Source of the DNA: a virus
DNA length: 43,085 bases
Virus record (IMG/VR): IMGVR_UViG_3300031673_000137
Location: 1 to 43,085 of that record
Strand: one strand, 5' to 3'
How positions within the stretch are numbered: the stretch's first letter is position 1; each line of letters begins with the position of its first letter. Under the pieces are notes generated by a model. The model was not told the DNA's origin and made no database searches. It saw only the letters and a program-made list of their open reading frames with translations. The translations under genes were made by a program, and so were the position numbers. Below are positions 7,091 through 15,513 of the stretch, piece after piece.

Positions 7091-9192
7091 CCTTTCCGGT
7101 AGCGATAGCCTTGGAACCCCGCTGCGGCGAGGGGCATATCCAGCGCCCAAGGCGGATTCGCGGCGAGCAATTCGCTGAGTTGGGTTTCGTTGAACTCGTC
7201 GGTGTCGGGGGCTTCGCAGATAACCTCATCGTGGACTGTTAGCACAATTTCATACCCGACCGCTTCGATACCGGGCATCGCATCTTTCAGGACGTGGCAC
7301 GCGCAAGATTGGGTGATGTTTTCCGCGCATTTCCCCCCGTATATGCCGACGCGCTGCCATTGCCGAGTGTATTGGTTCACGCCCATATAGGACAGCTTGC
7401 GCTTGTTGGGTTCGTTCTCACCTTCGGCGCGGGGGGATGGGTAGCATAGCGATCTCCCGCCCGGCATGATGACGCGCAGCCAATTACCGGAGCGAACAAA
7501 CGTGCAGCGCCGTGCCGTGAACTTCTTGCCCGCGTTGTTGGTTGCCTTAAAGAAGGCGGATTCCAGTTCATCCCAGAACGCTTCGATATTCGGATGCGCT
7601 GCGCGCCACATCCTTTTGAGGGCATCGCAAACCACGAACCCTTTTTCGGATAGACCGAACGTGCTGCGTTTTTTCTTCACCGAATAATCATAGAACTTTT
7701 TTGCTTCGAGTTTTGCCCAATCAGGCAGCGTGCCGAAAGCGGCTTCGGCTAGTTCTTCGAGGTCAATGTTGTACACCAAAGCGAAGGTGAGGAACGCGCC
7801 CACACCTCCTTGAAATCCTAGCGCCAATTCTTGAACTTTTCCGACTTGTCTCTGGTCGCCATCATCAACATCTTCCGGCTCTATGCCAAAGCTCTTGGCG
7901 TAGGCCAGCTTGTAAAGATCGTGCCCTGTGCCCGCATCGAAGTCGCGGAACGCTTGCAGCTTCCACTCCTCCCCTGCCAGCCAAGCCAGTATACGCCCTT
8001 CGATGTTCGACAAGTCGGCGACCACGAACTTCTTACCGCGAGCCGGGATGAGCGCAGCGCGAGCCAGCCCCGCCGTTGCTTCCATCACGTTATCGAAGAA
8101 CAGGGGCGCTGCGCCCGCCTTTACAGCCTCTACGGAGAACTCCCAATCTTTCGACAGGTACTTGGGTGGCCTGAACATATTTTGCGGCTGCACGGTGCGC
8201 CCACCCCATCGCCCCGTGCGGCTCGCCCCGTCGAATTGCAGCAAGCCCCGCGCGCGCCCGTCATCGTTCACCGCTTTGAGCATCGCCTTGTACTTCGACG
8301 TTGAACCCATCGAGGCTTGCATCCGGTTGACGAGCAATTCCTTCATCGCGGGAGGCAAGTCGGGATCGTTGATACGGCGCTCAAGAGTCGAGGCTTGCAA
8401 ATCGGGCAAGTCGATGCCGTATTCGAGAAGCAGATGCGCGAGCAGCTTATCGCGCTTGGTGGCACTCTCTACTTCGCCGTTGGTCAAGGCGTGGCACTCG
8501 CTCGCGAGTCGCGCCTTGGCCTCTTCCGCAGCGGCTATGGCGGCGTGTGCGAGGTCGAGATCAATGAGGACACCTCGATCATTGATCTTCTGGTCGAGAT
8601 GCCAATGGCTGAGTTCCTGCGACGGGTAGTTCCAATCCGGTATCTTGCGATCCACGATTCGCATAGAGGTGATGTCGCCCTTCGCGTATTCGAGGAACCG
8701 CGCCCACTCCGCCGGATGGGTGGCGGCAGTTGCGCGGCGCAACTTGGTCTTTGCTGGGCGCGGTTTGCAGAATAGTTGGATGAGCGCCTTACCGTCCTTT
8801 TGTTTGGCTACATCTTCGGCTAGGTTGAATATCTCGCAGGTCTTGCCGAGCGCGCCAGGTAGCGAGTGCGCCAATGCCTTGACCATCGTGTCTCGCCAGC
8901 GGTGTATCGCTTCGCCCGCCTGAACGAGAATCGGATTCGTGTTGCGCGCCAAGCGAAACACGCTCCGGTCGAACATGCTGTTCTGGAAGTTGATGAGAAT
9001 GGAATCGTCTAGCAGGGCTTCGGCGAGGTCGTCAGGCATCGGCTCGCCAGCGGTCAAGTCCCACACGGATACCGGATCGTCGTCAAGCGCGTAGGTGAAC
9101 AGCATAATCTCCGCGTCTTGCGCGTAGCGGTACGTACCGTTCTTGATCGGCGTGTCGCTATAAGTTTCGAGGTCGCCCCAGAGTGTTTTCAT
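7087..9192 (-). CDS. DNA polymerase, family A, with N-terminal 3'-5' exonuclease domain (701 aa)
   Basis: Exo motif GDLETYS. Pol motifs ADLSNIEGRILAWLAGE, RQVGKVQELALGFQGGVGA and LTVHDEVICE. Confidence 0.9.
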   Translation of the reverse strand: MKTLWGDLETYSDTPIKNGTYRYAQDAEIMLFTYALDDDPVSVWDLTAGEPMPDDLAEALLDDSILINFQNSMFDRSVFRLARNTNPILVQAGEAIHRWRDTMVKALAHSLPGALGKTCEIFNLAEDVAKQKDGKALIQLFCKPRPAKTKLRRATAATHPAEWARFLEYAKGDITSMRIVDRKIPDWNYPSQELSHWHLDQKINDRGVLIDLDLAHAAIAAAEEAKARLASECHALTNGEVESATKRDKLLAHLLLEYGIDLPDLQASTLERRINDPDLPPAMKELLVNRMQASMGSTSKYKAMLKAVNDDGRARGLLQFDGASRTGRWGGRTVQPQNMFRPPKYLSKDWEFSVEAVKAGAAPLFFDNVMEATAGLARAALIPARGKKFVVADLSNIEGRILAWLAGEEWKLQAFRDFDAGTGHDLYKLAYAKSFGIEPEDVDDGDQRQVGKVQELALGFQGGVGAFLTFALVYNIDLEELAEAAFGTLPDWAKLEAKKFYDYSVKKKRSTFGLSEKGFVVCDALKRMWRAAHPNIEAFWDELESAFFKATNNAGKKFTARRCTFVRSGNWLRVIMPGGRSLCYPSPRAEGENEPNKRKLSYMGVNQYTRQWQRVGIYGGKCAENITQSCACHVLKDAMPGIEAVGYEIVLTVHDEVICEAPDTDEFNETQLSELLAANPPWALDMPLAAAGFQGYRYRKG

Positions 9193-9464
9193 CTACACGC
9201 GCGTTCGACGGCACCCGCCAGTTTTAAAATTTTCTCTATCTTCGTTTCGAGTGCTTCGATTTTCTCTTTGGCGGCGTTCAAATCGTCTTGTGCTTTTTCG
9301 ACTTCCTCTTCCATGTCTACGAAAGTGTCGTCATCTTTATCCAGCGCCTCTTTCAGCGCATCGGCGAGCCGCTGTTCCATCTCGCTGTTCGTCAGTTTGT
9401 TCCAAGTGCTGTCGTACCAGCGCAGCAGTTCTTCGGCGTTCAAATTGCTTGGTATTGTTTGCAT
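9189..9464 (-). CDS. Hypothetical acidic coiled-coil protein (91 aa)
   Basis: ORF with start/stop coupling to the polymerase gene. E/D/K-rich helical sequence. Confidence 0.55.
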   Translation of the reverse strand: MQTIPSNLNAEELLRWYDSTWNKLTNSEMEQRLADALKEALDKDDDTFVDMEEEVEKAQDDLNAAKEKIEALETKIEKILKLAGAVERACR

Positions 9465-9474
9465 TTTTGTTCTC

Positions 9475-9738
9475 CTAGTCTATTACGTCAAAATCATCCG
9501 CTGTTGCTTGCGAACACGAATGCAGCATCTTGCGATTACCCGGCTGAATGCGCTTTCCATCTTCGTAAAGCCGCCAGTCGCCATCTTCGTTTTGCGACCA
9601 GTAAACATCAGTGCTGCCGCAACGATTGCACTTCGGATTTACGCTCTTACCGTAGGGCGAGCAAACATCATCCGAATAAAAGCCATACTCGAACAGCGAA
9701 TCCCAAGCGTCTCCTTCATGGTCAAAACAATCGCTCAT
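9475..9738 (-). CDS. Zinc-knuckle protein, paralog A (87 aa; CxxC...HxC, acidic DDFDVID tail)
   Basis: CNRCGSTDVYWSQNEDGDWRLYED...LHSC...DDFDVI aligns with the 10007-10207 product. Confidence 0.65.
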   Translation of the reverse strand: MSDCFDHEGDAWDSLFEYGFYSDDVCSPYGKSVNPKCNRCGSTDVYWSQNEDGDWRLYEDGKRIQPGNRKMLHSCSQATADDFDVID

Positions 9739-10010
9739 GCCATCCCCGCTACGTTATTCGGCAAGCTGCCAGTCCACCCCGCGCTAGGCGCGGTTCGCCA
9801 CTCGGCGCACTGCGCCGCGAACTCGATCAGGCCACGGTACGAACCGATCCACAATTTGTCGAGACTCGCTACGCCGTGGCGGGATAGCAAGTCGCGGACT
9901 TCGGAATAACCGAATAGCGATTCGATCATGGCGCACGCGCGGCGCACATCCTGGATGGTCGGGTCGCCGGGTTGTTTGTAGATGTGCCCGAAGAGCGGAT
10001 CGTCTTTCAT
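9735..10010 (-). CDS. Hypothetical protein (91 aa)
   Basis: ORF coupled by 4-nt overlaps to both flanking zinc-knuckle genes. Confidence 0.55.
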   Translation of the reverse strand: MKDDPLFGHIYKQPGDPTIQDVRRACAMIESLFGYSEVRDLLSRHGVASLDKLWIGSYRGLIEFAAQCAEWRTAPSAGWTGSLPNNVAGMA

Positions 10011-10207
10011 TCTGGTATCTCGTCGAAATCATCTGGCGAAGCAGATTCGCAAGAATGCAACAAGTTGCCTGCGCCTTCATCTTCATAAAGTCGCCAATCG
10101 CCACCCGCGTTTTGCTTCCAGTAGACATTCGTGCTGCCACAGCGTTCGCACGCCAACTCTTCGTCGTCGTTGTAGGAATAGGGGTCAAAATAATCTTCCA
10201 TAGCCAT
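10007..10207 (-). CDS. Zinc-knuckle protein, paralog B (66 aa; CxxC...HxC, acidic DDFDEIPE tail)
   Basis: Start set at ATG 10207 behind a GGAGAAGAG RBS. CERCGSTNVYWKQNAGGDWRLYED...LHSC...DDFDEI. Confidence 0.6.
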   Translation of the reverse strand: MAMEDYFDPYSYNDDEELACERCGSTNVYWKQNAGGDWRLYEDEGAGNLLHSCESASPDDFDEIPE

Positions 10208-10292
10208 CTTCTCTTCTCCTTCTCGATTCGTGTAGAGCGCCCCGCGATGCGCTGCGGGACATCGTACTTTAGGCCAAGTCGTCCGCTGCGGT

Positions 10293-10862
10293 TCAGCACA
10301 ATGCTTCCGCAACTTCGCGCATAAATACTTCTGGGTGTTTCGCCGCCTTGCGGTGATTGCATGGCGGGCACAGCAGTTGCAAATTATCAGGGTTGTTCGA
10401 TCCACCAAGCGCAATCGGCATGATGTGATCTATGTGCCGTTTTGCGGATATGTCTTTCCTGCACACCGCGCATTTGTCGCCCTGCGTCTCGCGCAGCTTG
10501 AAAACATCATCCTTCGTAAAGGTTCCACCTTGCCCCATGATCCGGCAACGGCGGTTTTCTTTTATGGCTGCTGCCGCTTCGGGGTTGGCCTTCTTCCAGT
10601 TATCGGAAGCCGCTCTTGCGCGTTCGGGGTACTTAGCACGGTAAGCGCGATTATGCTTGTTGGCTTCTTCCATGTTCTTTTCGCGCCATCTTTTGTACGT
10701 CTCGGATATTCGTTCTTTGTTCTTCGCTGCCCACTTTTTGTAGGCCTCGGCAGCGCGCTCTTTATTGTCGAGCCGCCATTGCTTTGCGTTCGCTCTCGCG
10801 CAGGGCGCACAATCGCCTCGTTCATAAAATTCATTGCTACCGCATTTTATACAGGTTTTCAT
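10293..10862 (-). CDS. HNH endonuclease, free-standing (about 189 aa)
   Basis: C-terminal HIDHIMPIALGGSNNPDNLQLLCPPCNHRK. N-terminal CxxC...CxxC. Flanked by unusually long gaps containing hairpins. Confidence 0.85.
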   Translation of the reverse strand: MKTCIKCGSNEFYERGDCAPCARANAKQWRLDNKERAAEAYKKWAAKNKERISETYKRWREKNMEEANKHNRAYRAKYPERARAASDNWKKANPEAAAAIKENRRCRIMGQGGTFTKDDVFKLRETQGDKCAVCRKDISAKRHIDHIMPIALGGSNNPDNLQLLCPPCNHRKAAKHPEVFMREVAEALC

Positions 10863-10967
10863 TCGGTACTCCACTTAGTAATTGAGGGTTGTCGCTATCC
10901 GCCGAAGTGGCGGCGGAAGGGCTTGCAAACCTTTTCGCGACAAGAGGAATTATATACCGTAAAGCGA

Positions 10968-11531
10968 TTAAGCTAAAGCGGAATCTTCATCCTCGAAGCT
11001 CATATCTTCAAAGTCCGATTCGTCGGCCACCGAACCGGCTGAGAATGCGTCACCATCCGCCGCGAACTGAACCCCCAATAACTCGCAACGGAGCGTCTTT
11101 CCATAGCGATTATCTTGTGCCCAAATTTCTACGCTGGCGTTCACATAGCAACCCGCGTAAGGGCGACCGTCTGCTTCGGTGAGAGGGCTTTTGTCGCGGT
11201 CGATAACCAAGGGGCGACCCTTCGTTTCACCACGCTTCGCAGTAAGGGCTTGAACGCCATCGTAGCCGTCGTATTCCTTCGTGCTGCCATCCCAGTAACA
11301 GACCTTCTGGGAGTTGTTGGATGCCAGCGCCGCCTTGAGAATCGGTGCGTGCTTCACACCCCATTTTTCCTCAGAAGCCTTCTGCATCGCGACACGGATT
11401 GCTTTGTCGTTCGCGCTGCCTGGCTCGACCAACAGCGTACAGCCGTAAGTCTTTGTGCCGCCTTCTTCAAACGCTTTGGCGGTGAACAGATCAGGGAACG
11501 ACAAACGTACTTTTTTCAGGTTGATTTTCAT
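10968..11531 (-). CDS. ssDNA-binding protein, DUF2815 / T7 gp2.5-like (187 aa)
   Basis: N-terminal VRLSFPDLFTAKAF, typical for the family. Acidic C-terminal tail ESDFEDMSFEDEDSALA. Sits in a replication module. Confidence 0.7.
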   Translation of the reverse strand: MKINLKKVRLSFPDLFTAKAFEEGGTKTYGCTLLVEPGSANDKAIRVAMQKASEEKWGVKHAPILKAALASNNSQKVCYWDGSTKEYDGYDGVQALTAKRGETKGRPLVIDRDKSPLTEADGRPYAGCYVNASVEIWAQDNRYGKTLRCELLGVQFAADGDAFSAGSVADESDFEDMSFEDEDSALA

Positions 11532-11597
11532 TTTCTCTTCTTTCTCTATTTGTGCTTCGGTTATGCCACCTCTTGTGAAAGGGCGGATGGCGAACCC

Positions 11598-12269
11598 TTA
11601 TTCTTTAATTCGGTTCTTAGGCTTCACAAAAACCAAAAAGTACGAATGGTTTTTTCGAGCATGGACTTGCTTCTTCATCCGGCTAACTACAGGCCGGTTG
11701 TTGCGCACCACAACAAATATATCCTTTGCGTAGTACCCCCGCGCCACCATCGCGTTGATAATTTCTACATGCGTCAGCCATTGCTTGTTCGCGCTCACTT
11801 CATCTTGGCACTTTACTATCAGCACGCCGCTCGACTTCAAAACACGATCCGCTTCCGCGCATCCTTCTAAGTACAGATTTAGAATCGCTGCGTGGTATTT
11901 GCCCGCCCCGCTACAGCGTTGCAGCCCGTAGTAATCCCCAAAGGCTTGCTGCCCTTCGCTGTACGCCGTACCGCGCATCGCACCTTCCATGTAGGGAGGG
12001 TCTAGCACCAGAGCGTCCATGCTTGCGTCAGGGTAAGGCAACGCGCGAAGATCAACCCCATCTTGTATATCTGTCGCGTGCAGTTGGTACGCTCCTGCGG
12101 GAACCTTGCGCCAAAACACCCCTTTACCGTAAGTTACGTCGGCCACCGCTCCCCCTTGTTTAACGTGCAGCGCCAACAGCGAGGGGAACACATCCGCATT
12201 ACCTTTGATGTGCGCGCTGAGAATCAAATCGGTAGTCGCTTCACCTCCCTGTATGCGCTTTGCCTTCAA
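11598..12269 (-). CDS. DNA methyltransferase (DPPY motif; probably N6-adenine)
   Basis: [10 protein letters not shown] catalytic motif preceded by an ADVTYGKG AdoMet-like motif. Confidence 0.7.
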   Translation of the reverse strand: MKAKRIQGGEATTDLILSAHIKGNADVFPSLLALHVKQGGAVADVTYGKGVFWRKVPAGAYQLHATDIQDGVDLRALPYPDASMDALVLDPPYMEGAMRGTAYSEGQQAFGDYYGLQRCSGAGKYHAAILNLYLEGCAEADRVLKSSGVLIVKCQDEVSANKQWLTHVEIINAMVARGYYAKDIFVVVRNNRPVVSRMKKQVHARKNHSYFLVFVKPKNRIKE

Positions 12270-13540
12270 GCTAAATCCTCACCGCTAATATCGTCGAACG
12301 CATCCGCGACCGGCTCGATCACCAGTGCATCCCGCTTATCGCTCACCGGCGCGACACTCGGCTTGCCATCGGATCGCGTGATGAGCGCCTGTAGCTTGTT
12401 CCACCGCTTCGGCGTTTCCTTCAACACCTTCTCGGCGACTGTCGGGCTAATGAGCTTGAACGAATACATCTCGTCCTGCTTCAAGCGCATGGACTTCAAC
12501 ATCTTCTCGGCCTCAAGCTCGTCCAGCCAGCTACGCGAACCCTTGCGCCCTTGCACCAGCTTGAACCCCGGCACGTCATGCCCTTTGAGCAATTCGCTCT
12601 CCGCGCGGGCGCGCACCGCCGTGCACCAACTCTCGATCAGGTCAACCGCTTTGAGACAGTTCGAGACGTGGAGATTATCGGCATTTGCGATGCGCTCTTC
12701 CGCACTTGCGAGTTGCGGGGCGATGTCTTGCGAGATGTCTACGAAGTCATCGGACACGGTGGATAGGACGAAGCTGCGCAGCGCGGGGCAGAACGACTTG
12801 GCCTTGCACCAGCGGCACGCATCTTCGGATGGTTGCAGCACGTTGCTGCCGCCAGCGAACATCATTTGAACTTCTGCTCGGCCTGCTGTGTGGTAATTAA
12901 AGGCATCTTGCGCCTTCTCCGCATACTCAACCCGAAACGCCTCCAGTTGTTCGCGCGTGATTACCCATTCGCTTACCGCAAACAAGCGGGGCTGGTGGAT
13001 GCCAAGCCTGATCTGCTTGATGTCATCCGCCAAGTCCAGCATCTCGATCAGCGCGAGCGCACCGAGCGCGTAGAGTTGCATTTGCTCGTTGTCCTCCGCT
13101 TCGACCTTGTTGCCCATCCCGTATTTCAGATCGCGGATTTCAAGCGTGTCACCCTTGACGATAATCGCGTCCGACGTGCCGAACTGCCCTGGTACGCCGA
13201 TCGCGTTGGAGTAATCTACTCGCTGTTCGACGAGTAGCGTTCCGCCTTCGGCTGCGGCGTTGATCTGATCGACGTAGGTTTGGACGAAATTACACATGTC
13301 CTCATCAACAGGATGCAAGAGATCGCCGCCGATCTTGATTTCGCTGTGGGGAAATTCATGGGGTGAAGTAACGCCTAGATTTCGCGCATTCAAACACCAA
13401 GCCGCCAGTTCGTGCGCGGCGGTTCCCTCGTCGGCGTAGCCCGACGACTTATTTTCTTGCCCCGCTTCCATCGCGGGACTGCCAGGGCAGTTGCCCCAGC
13501 GGTGCGCGGCACTCGCGGATAATAGTGCGTGGTCAGCCAT
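12266..13540 (-). CDS. PD-(D/E)xK exonuclease, DUF2800 / Cas4-like family (424 aa)
   Basis: N-terminal [16 protein letters not shown] signature. Cys cluster C..CKAKSFC near the middle. Start set at MADH behind a GGGAGA RBS. Confidence 0.7.
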   Translation of the reverse strand: MADHALLSASAAHRWGNCPGSPAMEAGQENKSSGYADEGTAAHELAAWCLNARNLGVTSPHEFPHSEIKIGGDLLHPVDEDMCNFVQTYVDQINAAAEGGTLLVEQRVDYSNAIGVPGQFGTSDAIIVKGDTLEIRDLKYGMGNKVEAEDNEQMQLYALGALALIEMLDLADDIKQIRLGIHQPRLFAVSEWVITREQLEAFRVEYAEKAQDAFNYHTAGRAEVQMMFAGGSNVLQPSEDACRWCKAKSFCPALRSFVLSTVSDDFVDISQDIAPQLASAEERIANADNLHVSNCLKAVDLIESWCTAVRARAESELLKGHDVPGFKLVQGRKGSRSWLDELEAEKMLKSMRLKQDEMYSFKLISPTVAEKVLKETPKRWNKLQALITRSDGKPSVAPVSDKRDALVIEPVADAFDDISGEDLA

Positions 13541-13880
13541 TGGTTTCTCCCTTCTCAAAATCGGAGCGTGGGTTAAACCAGTCCTCTTTTACGATGTTTC
13601 CGATCTCATAAACTTTTGAGTGATCCGCTTTAACACGAATCGTTTTCCCCGGTAGCTGATCCCAACTCGAAACACCAGCAATCTCCATTACGCGCCAGAT
13701 AAAGTGTCCCGCTAAACTCTTCATCTCGTGGTGGGTGAAACTCTTGGGCAGGTATAGCGCCCAGCCCCCGAAGCCTTGCCCTTCGCCGCCGTAGTCGAGG
13801 TGTAGCCACGCCCCGAGGCACCCGTGATCGTCGTTGGTAATCAACGCGCTTTTAATAATCGCGTTCCGCGTCTCCATCAC
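13533..13880 (-). CDS. Hypothetical protein (115 aa)
   Basis: ORF in the operon, coupled to its neighbours. Confidence 0.55.
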   Translation of the reverse strand: MMETRNAIIKSALITNDDHGCLGAWLHLDYGGEGQGFGGWALYLPKSFTHHEMKSLAGHFIWRVMEIAGVSSWDQLPGKTIRVKADHSKVYEIGNIVKEDWFNPRSDFEKGETNG

Positions 13881-14263
13881 GCCATCCCTTCTTCGCTATT
13901 CGCGTTCAACTTTTCCAGAATCTCGGCGTACTGGTCGGGCTTCGCGTCCTTGAGGGTCTTGAACCCGAACTCGGCGATCAGGGCTTGCGCGGCGGCGAGG
14001 TCGCGCTTCGCGAGTTCCAAGAACGGGGTCTTGATGTCGTCGTAGCTAAGTGAAGTGCTGGTCGCGACAGGCTGGGCGGCTTCGGTAGAAGCGGGGGTTC
14101 CCACAACGGGGGCAGGCTTTTCCTTGGAAGGTTTTGCAGCCGGGTCGAGCTTTTTTGCTGCGGGTTGCTCTTTATGCTGCATTGCGGCAAGCAGCGCGAG
14201 GATAGTGTTGTCGAGAGATTGAACGGCTGCGGTATTTGCTTCGAGTGCTTTTTCGAGTGACAT
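13877..14263 (-). CDS. Hypothetical protein, first gene of the leftward operon (128 aa)
   Basis: AAGGAG RBS upstream of ATG 14263. Ala/Pro/Lys-rich central linker. Confidence 0.6.
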   Translation of the reverse strand: MSLEKALEANTAAVQSLDNTILALLAAMQHKEQPAAKKLDPAAKPSKEKPAPVVGTPASTEAAQPVATSTSLSYDDIKTPFLELAKRDLAAAQALIAEFGFKTLKDAKPDQYAEILEKLNANSEEGMA

Positions 14264-14299
14264 GGTGTTTCTCCTTAGTGGGTTGGTGGAACGGAACGA

Positions 14300-14329
14300 A
14301 CTATAGCATTAATAAATTTAGCTTGTCAA
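14300..14329 (-). promoter_or_regulatory. Leftward early promoter (TTGACA-18-TATAGT)
   Basis: The -35 is the reverse complement of 14324-14329. The -10 is the reverse complement of 14300-14305. Drives 14263 and the replication operon. Confidence 0.55.
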
Positions 14330-14350
14330 ATAAATTTATTATTGCTATAG
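14301..14350. repeat. 20-bp inverted repeat (CTATAGCATTAATAAATTTA / TAAATTTATTATTGCTATAG) separated by 10 bp
   Basis: The arms 14301-14320 and 14331-14350 differ at one position. Each arm contains one of the two -10 hexamers. Confidence 0.85.
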
Positions 14351-14351
14351 T
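14323..14351 (+). promoter_or_regulatory. Rightward early promoter (TTGTCA-17-TATAGT)
   Basis: The -35 is 14323-14328 and shares 5 bp with the leftward -35. The -10 is 14346-14351. Drives the Cro-like gene at 14383. Confidence 0.55.
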
Positions 14352-14382
14352 TCATCATCTTCAACGGAAAGGGAATAGCATT

Positions 14383-14574
14383 ATGAGAAGTGAACTGATC
14401 GCCAAAGTAGTTAAACATTTTGGATCGCAGCGCGCGTTGGCAAGGGCGATGTGTGTTACGGAGGGCGCGGTTAGCCATTGGGTGAAAGCAGGTGTGATAC
14501 CCACAGGGAGTGCCGTGAAGATCGAACGCGCGATGCGCGGACGGGTGAAGGCCATCCACCTATCGGCGGAGTAG
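14383..14574 (+). CDS. Cro/YdaS-like HTH transcriptional regulator (63 aa)
   Basis: FGSQRALARAMCVTEGAVSHWVKAGVIPTGSAVKIERAMRGRV matches the YdaS/Cro-type HTH pattern. First gene of the rightward operon. Confidence 0.75.
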   Translation: MRSELIAKVVKHFGSQRALARAMCVTEGAVSHWVKAGVIPTGSAVKIERAMRGRVKAIHLSAE

Positions 14575-14579
14575 CCGCT

Positions 14580-15005
14580 ATGCACTATCTGTATAAGCAA
14601 TTCGATAAGTGCGGGACGTTGCTTTATGTTGGTCGAACGTGTGATTGGCGCGTAAGAACATACGACCATCGCCAATTTTCAGAGTGGTGGAGGCGGGTTA
14701 CGAGAATTGAGATTGAGAGCTTTGAGGATATAACTTCGGCCATAAAAGCTGAAAAACTAGCAATTCAATCCGAAAAGCCCGTTTGCAACACCATTCATAA
14801 TCAGAAAAAAATACCACACATCCGAGCACCTAATTCAAAGAATGTACATACGCCAAAGTTTTTTCTGAAAAAATATCGCGCCGGAGAGTCGGTTGCGGAA
14901 CTTGCGCTCCGTTACGGCGTAACCCCTCGACGTATATCTCTTTTGATTCGGCAAGCGATGCGGGAGCAGGTGAAGGCGACTAACCTCGATTGTGTAGCTC
15001 ACTAA
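14580..15005 (+). CDS. GIY-YIG domain protein with C-terminal HTH-like segment (141 aa)
   Basis: HYLYKQFDKCGTLLYVGRT..R...H and E..AIQSEKPVCN resemble GIY-YIG motifs. The C-terminal ESVAELALRYGVTPRRISLLIRQ is HTH-like. Confidence 0.55.
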   Translation: MHYLYKQFDKCGTLLYVGRTCDWRVRTYDHRQFSEWWRRVTRIEIESFEDITSAIKAEKLAIQSEKPVCNTIHNQKKIPHIRAPNSKNVHTPKFFLKKYRAGESVAELALRYGVTPRRISLLIRQAMREQVKATNLDCVAH

Positions 15006-15099
15006 GGAGTAGTTATATGGGAAAAGAGAATGGTGCAATGAAGCGTAACGAGATGTGCGGCGCGTGTGCGCGGTGTGAACTTGCGAAGGGGAAATAGAG

Positions 15100-15486
15100 A
15101 TGGCCGAGTTTTACCTGCAAGATAGCCGTGGATACGTCGGCAATGACGTGCTCTGGTGGGCGAAAGATGGCAAGGGTTACACCACTGATTTGAGCAAGGC
15201 ACATGTGTATTCTCAAGAGGATGCGGTGCGCCAGCACGAATGCCGCGAGACAGATATTCCTTGGCCGAAAGAATACATTGACGCGCGCACCCGTCCTGCC
15301 GTTGACATGCAGTACGTCAAGCGTGATGAGGCGTTGGCTGGAACGGGGATCGTTTTGCGTAAGCCGCAGAAGCCGAAGAAGCCGAAGAGGGATGCCCTCA
15401 AGTGCTGTCAGTGCGGTAGGTTCTTGAGCGAAGAGCAACTTTGGGGTGGAGAATGCCCGAAATGCGGATGCGACAACCGCCCTTAA
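15100..15486 (+). CDS. Hypothetical protein with C-terminal zinc ribbon (128 aa)
   Basis: CCQCG...CPKCGC at the C-terminus after a basic KPQKPKKPKR linker. Confidence 0.55.
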   Translation: MAEFYLQDSRGYVGNDVLWWAKDGKGYTTDLSKAHVYSQEDAVRQHECRETDIPWPKEYIDARTRPAVDMQYVKRDEALAGTGIVLRKPQKPKKPKRDALKCCQCGRFLSEEQLWGGECPKCGCDNRP

Positions 15487-15513
15487 ACAAGTAGCCCACT
15501 AGGGAGTAATTCT

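Noticed and set aside
4060-14263. Searched for integrase, excisionase, CI-type repressor, partition genes, tRNAs and toxin-antitoxin pairs across the whole window
   Set aside because: I recognised none. The only HTH proteins are small Cro- or XRE-like ones. The lifestyle (virulent or otherwise) cannot be settled from sequence inspection alone.
14236-14574. 112-aa version of the Cro-like ORF, and the 193-aa version of 6648-7229
   Set aside because: The upstream extensions run through promoter and operator sequence or overlap the neighbouring gene. The internal ATGs with an RBS (14383 and 7031) give compact, sensible proteins.
15017-15097. 26-codon ORF (MGKENGAMKRNEMCGACARCELAKGK) in the gap before 15100
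   Set aside because: It is too short, and an AGGAG-like site is its only support. I cannot distinguish it from chance.
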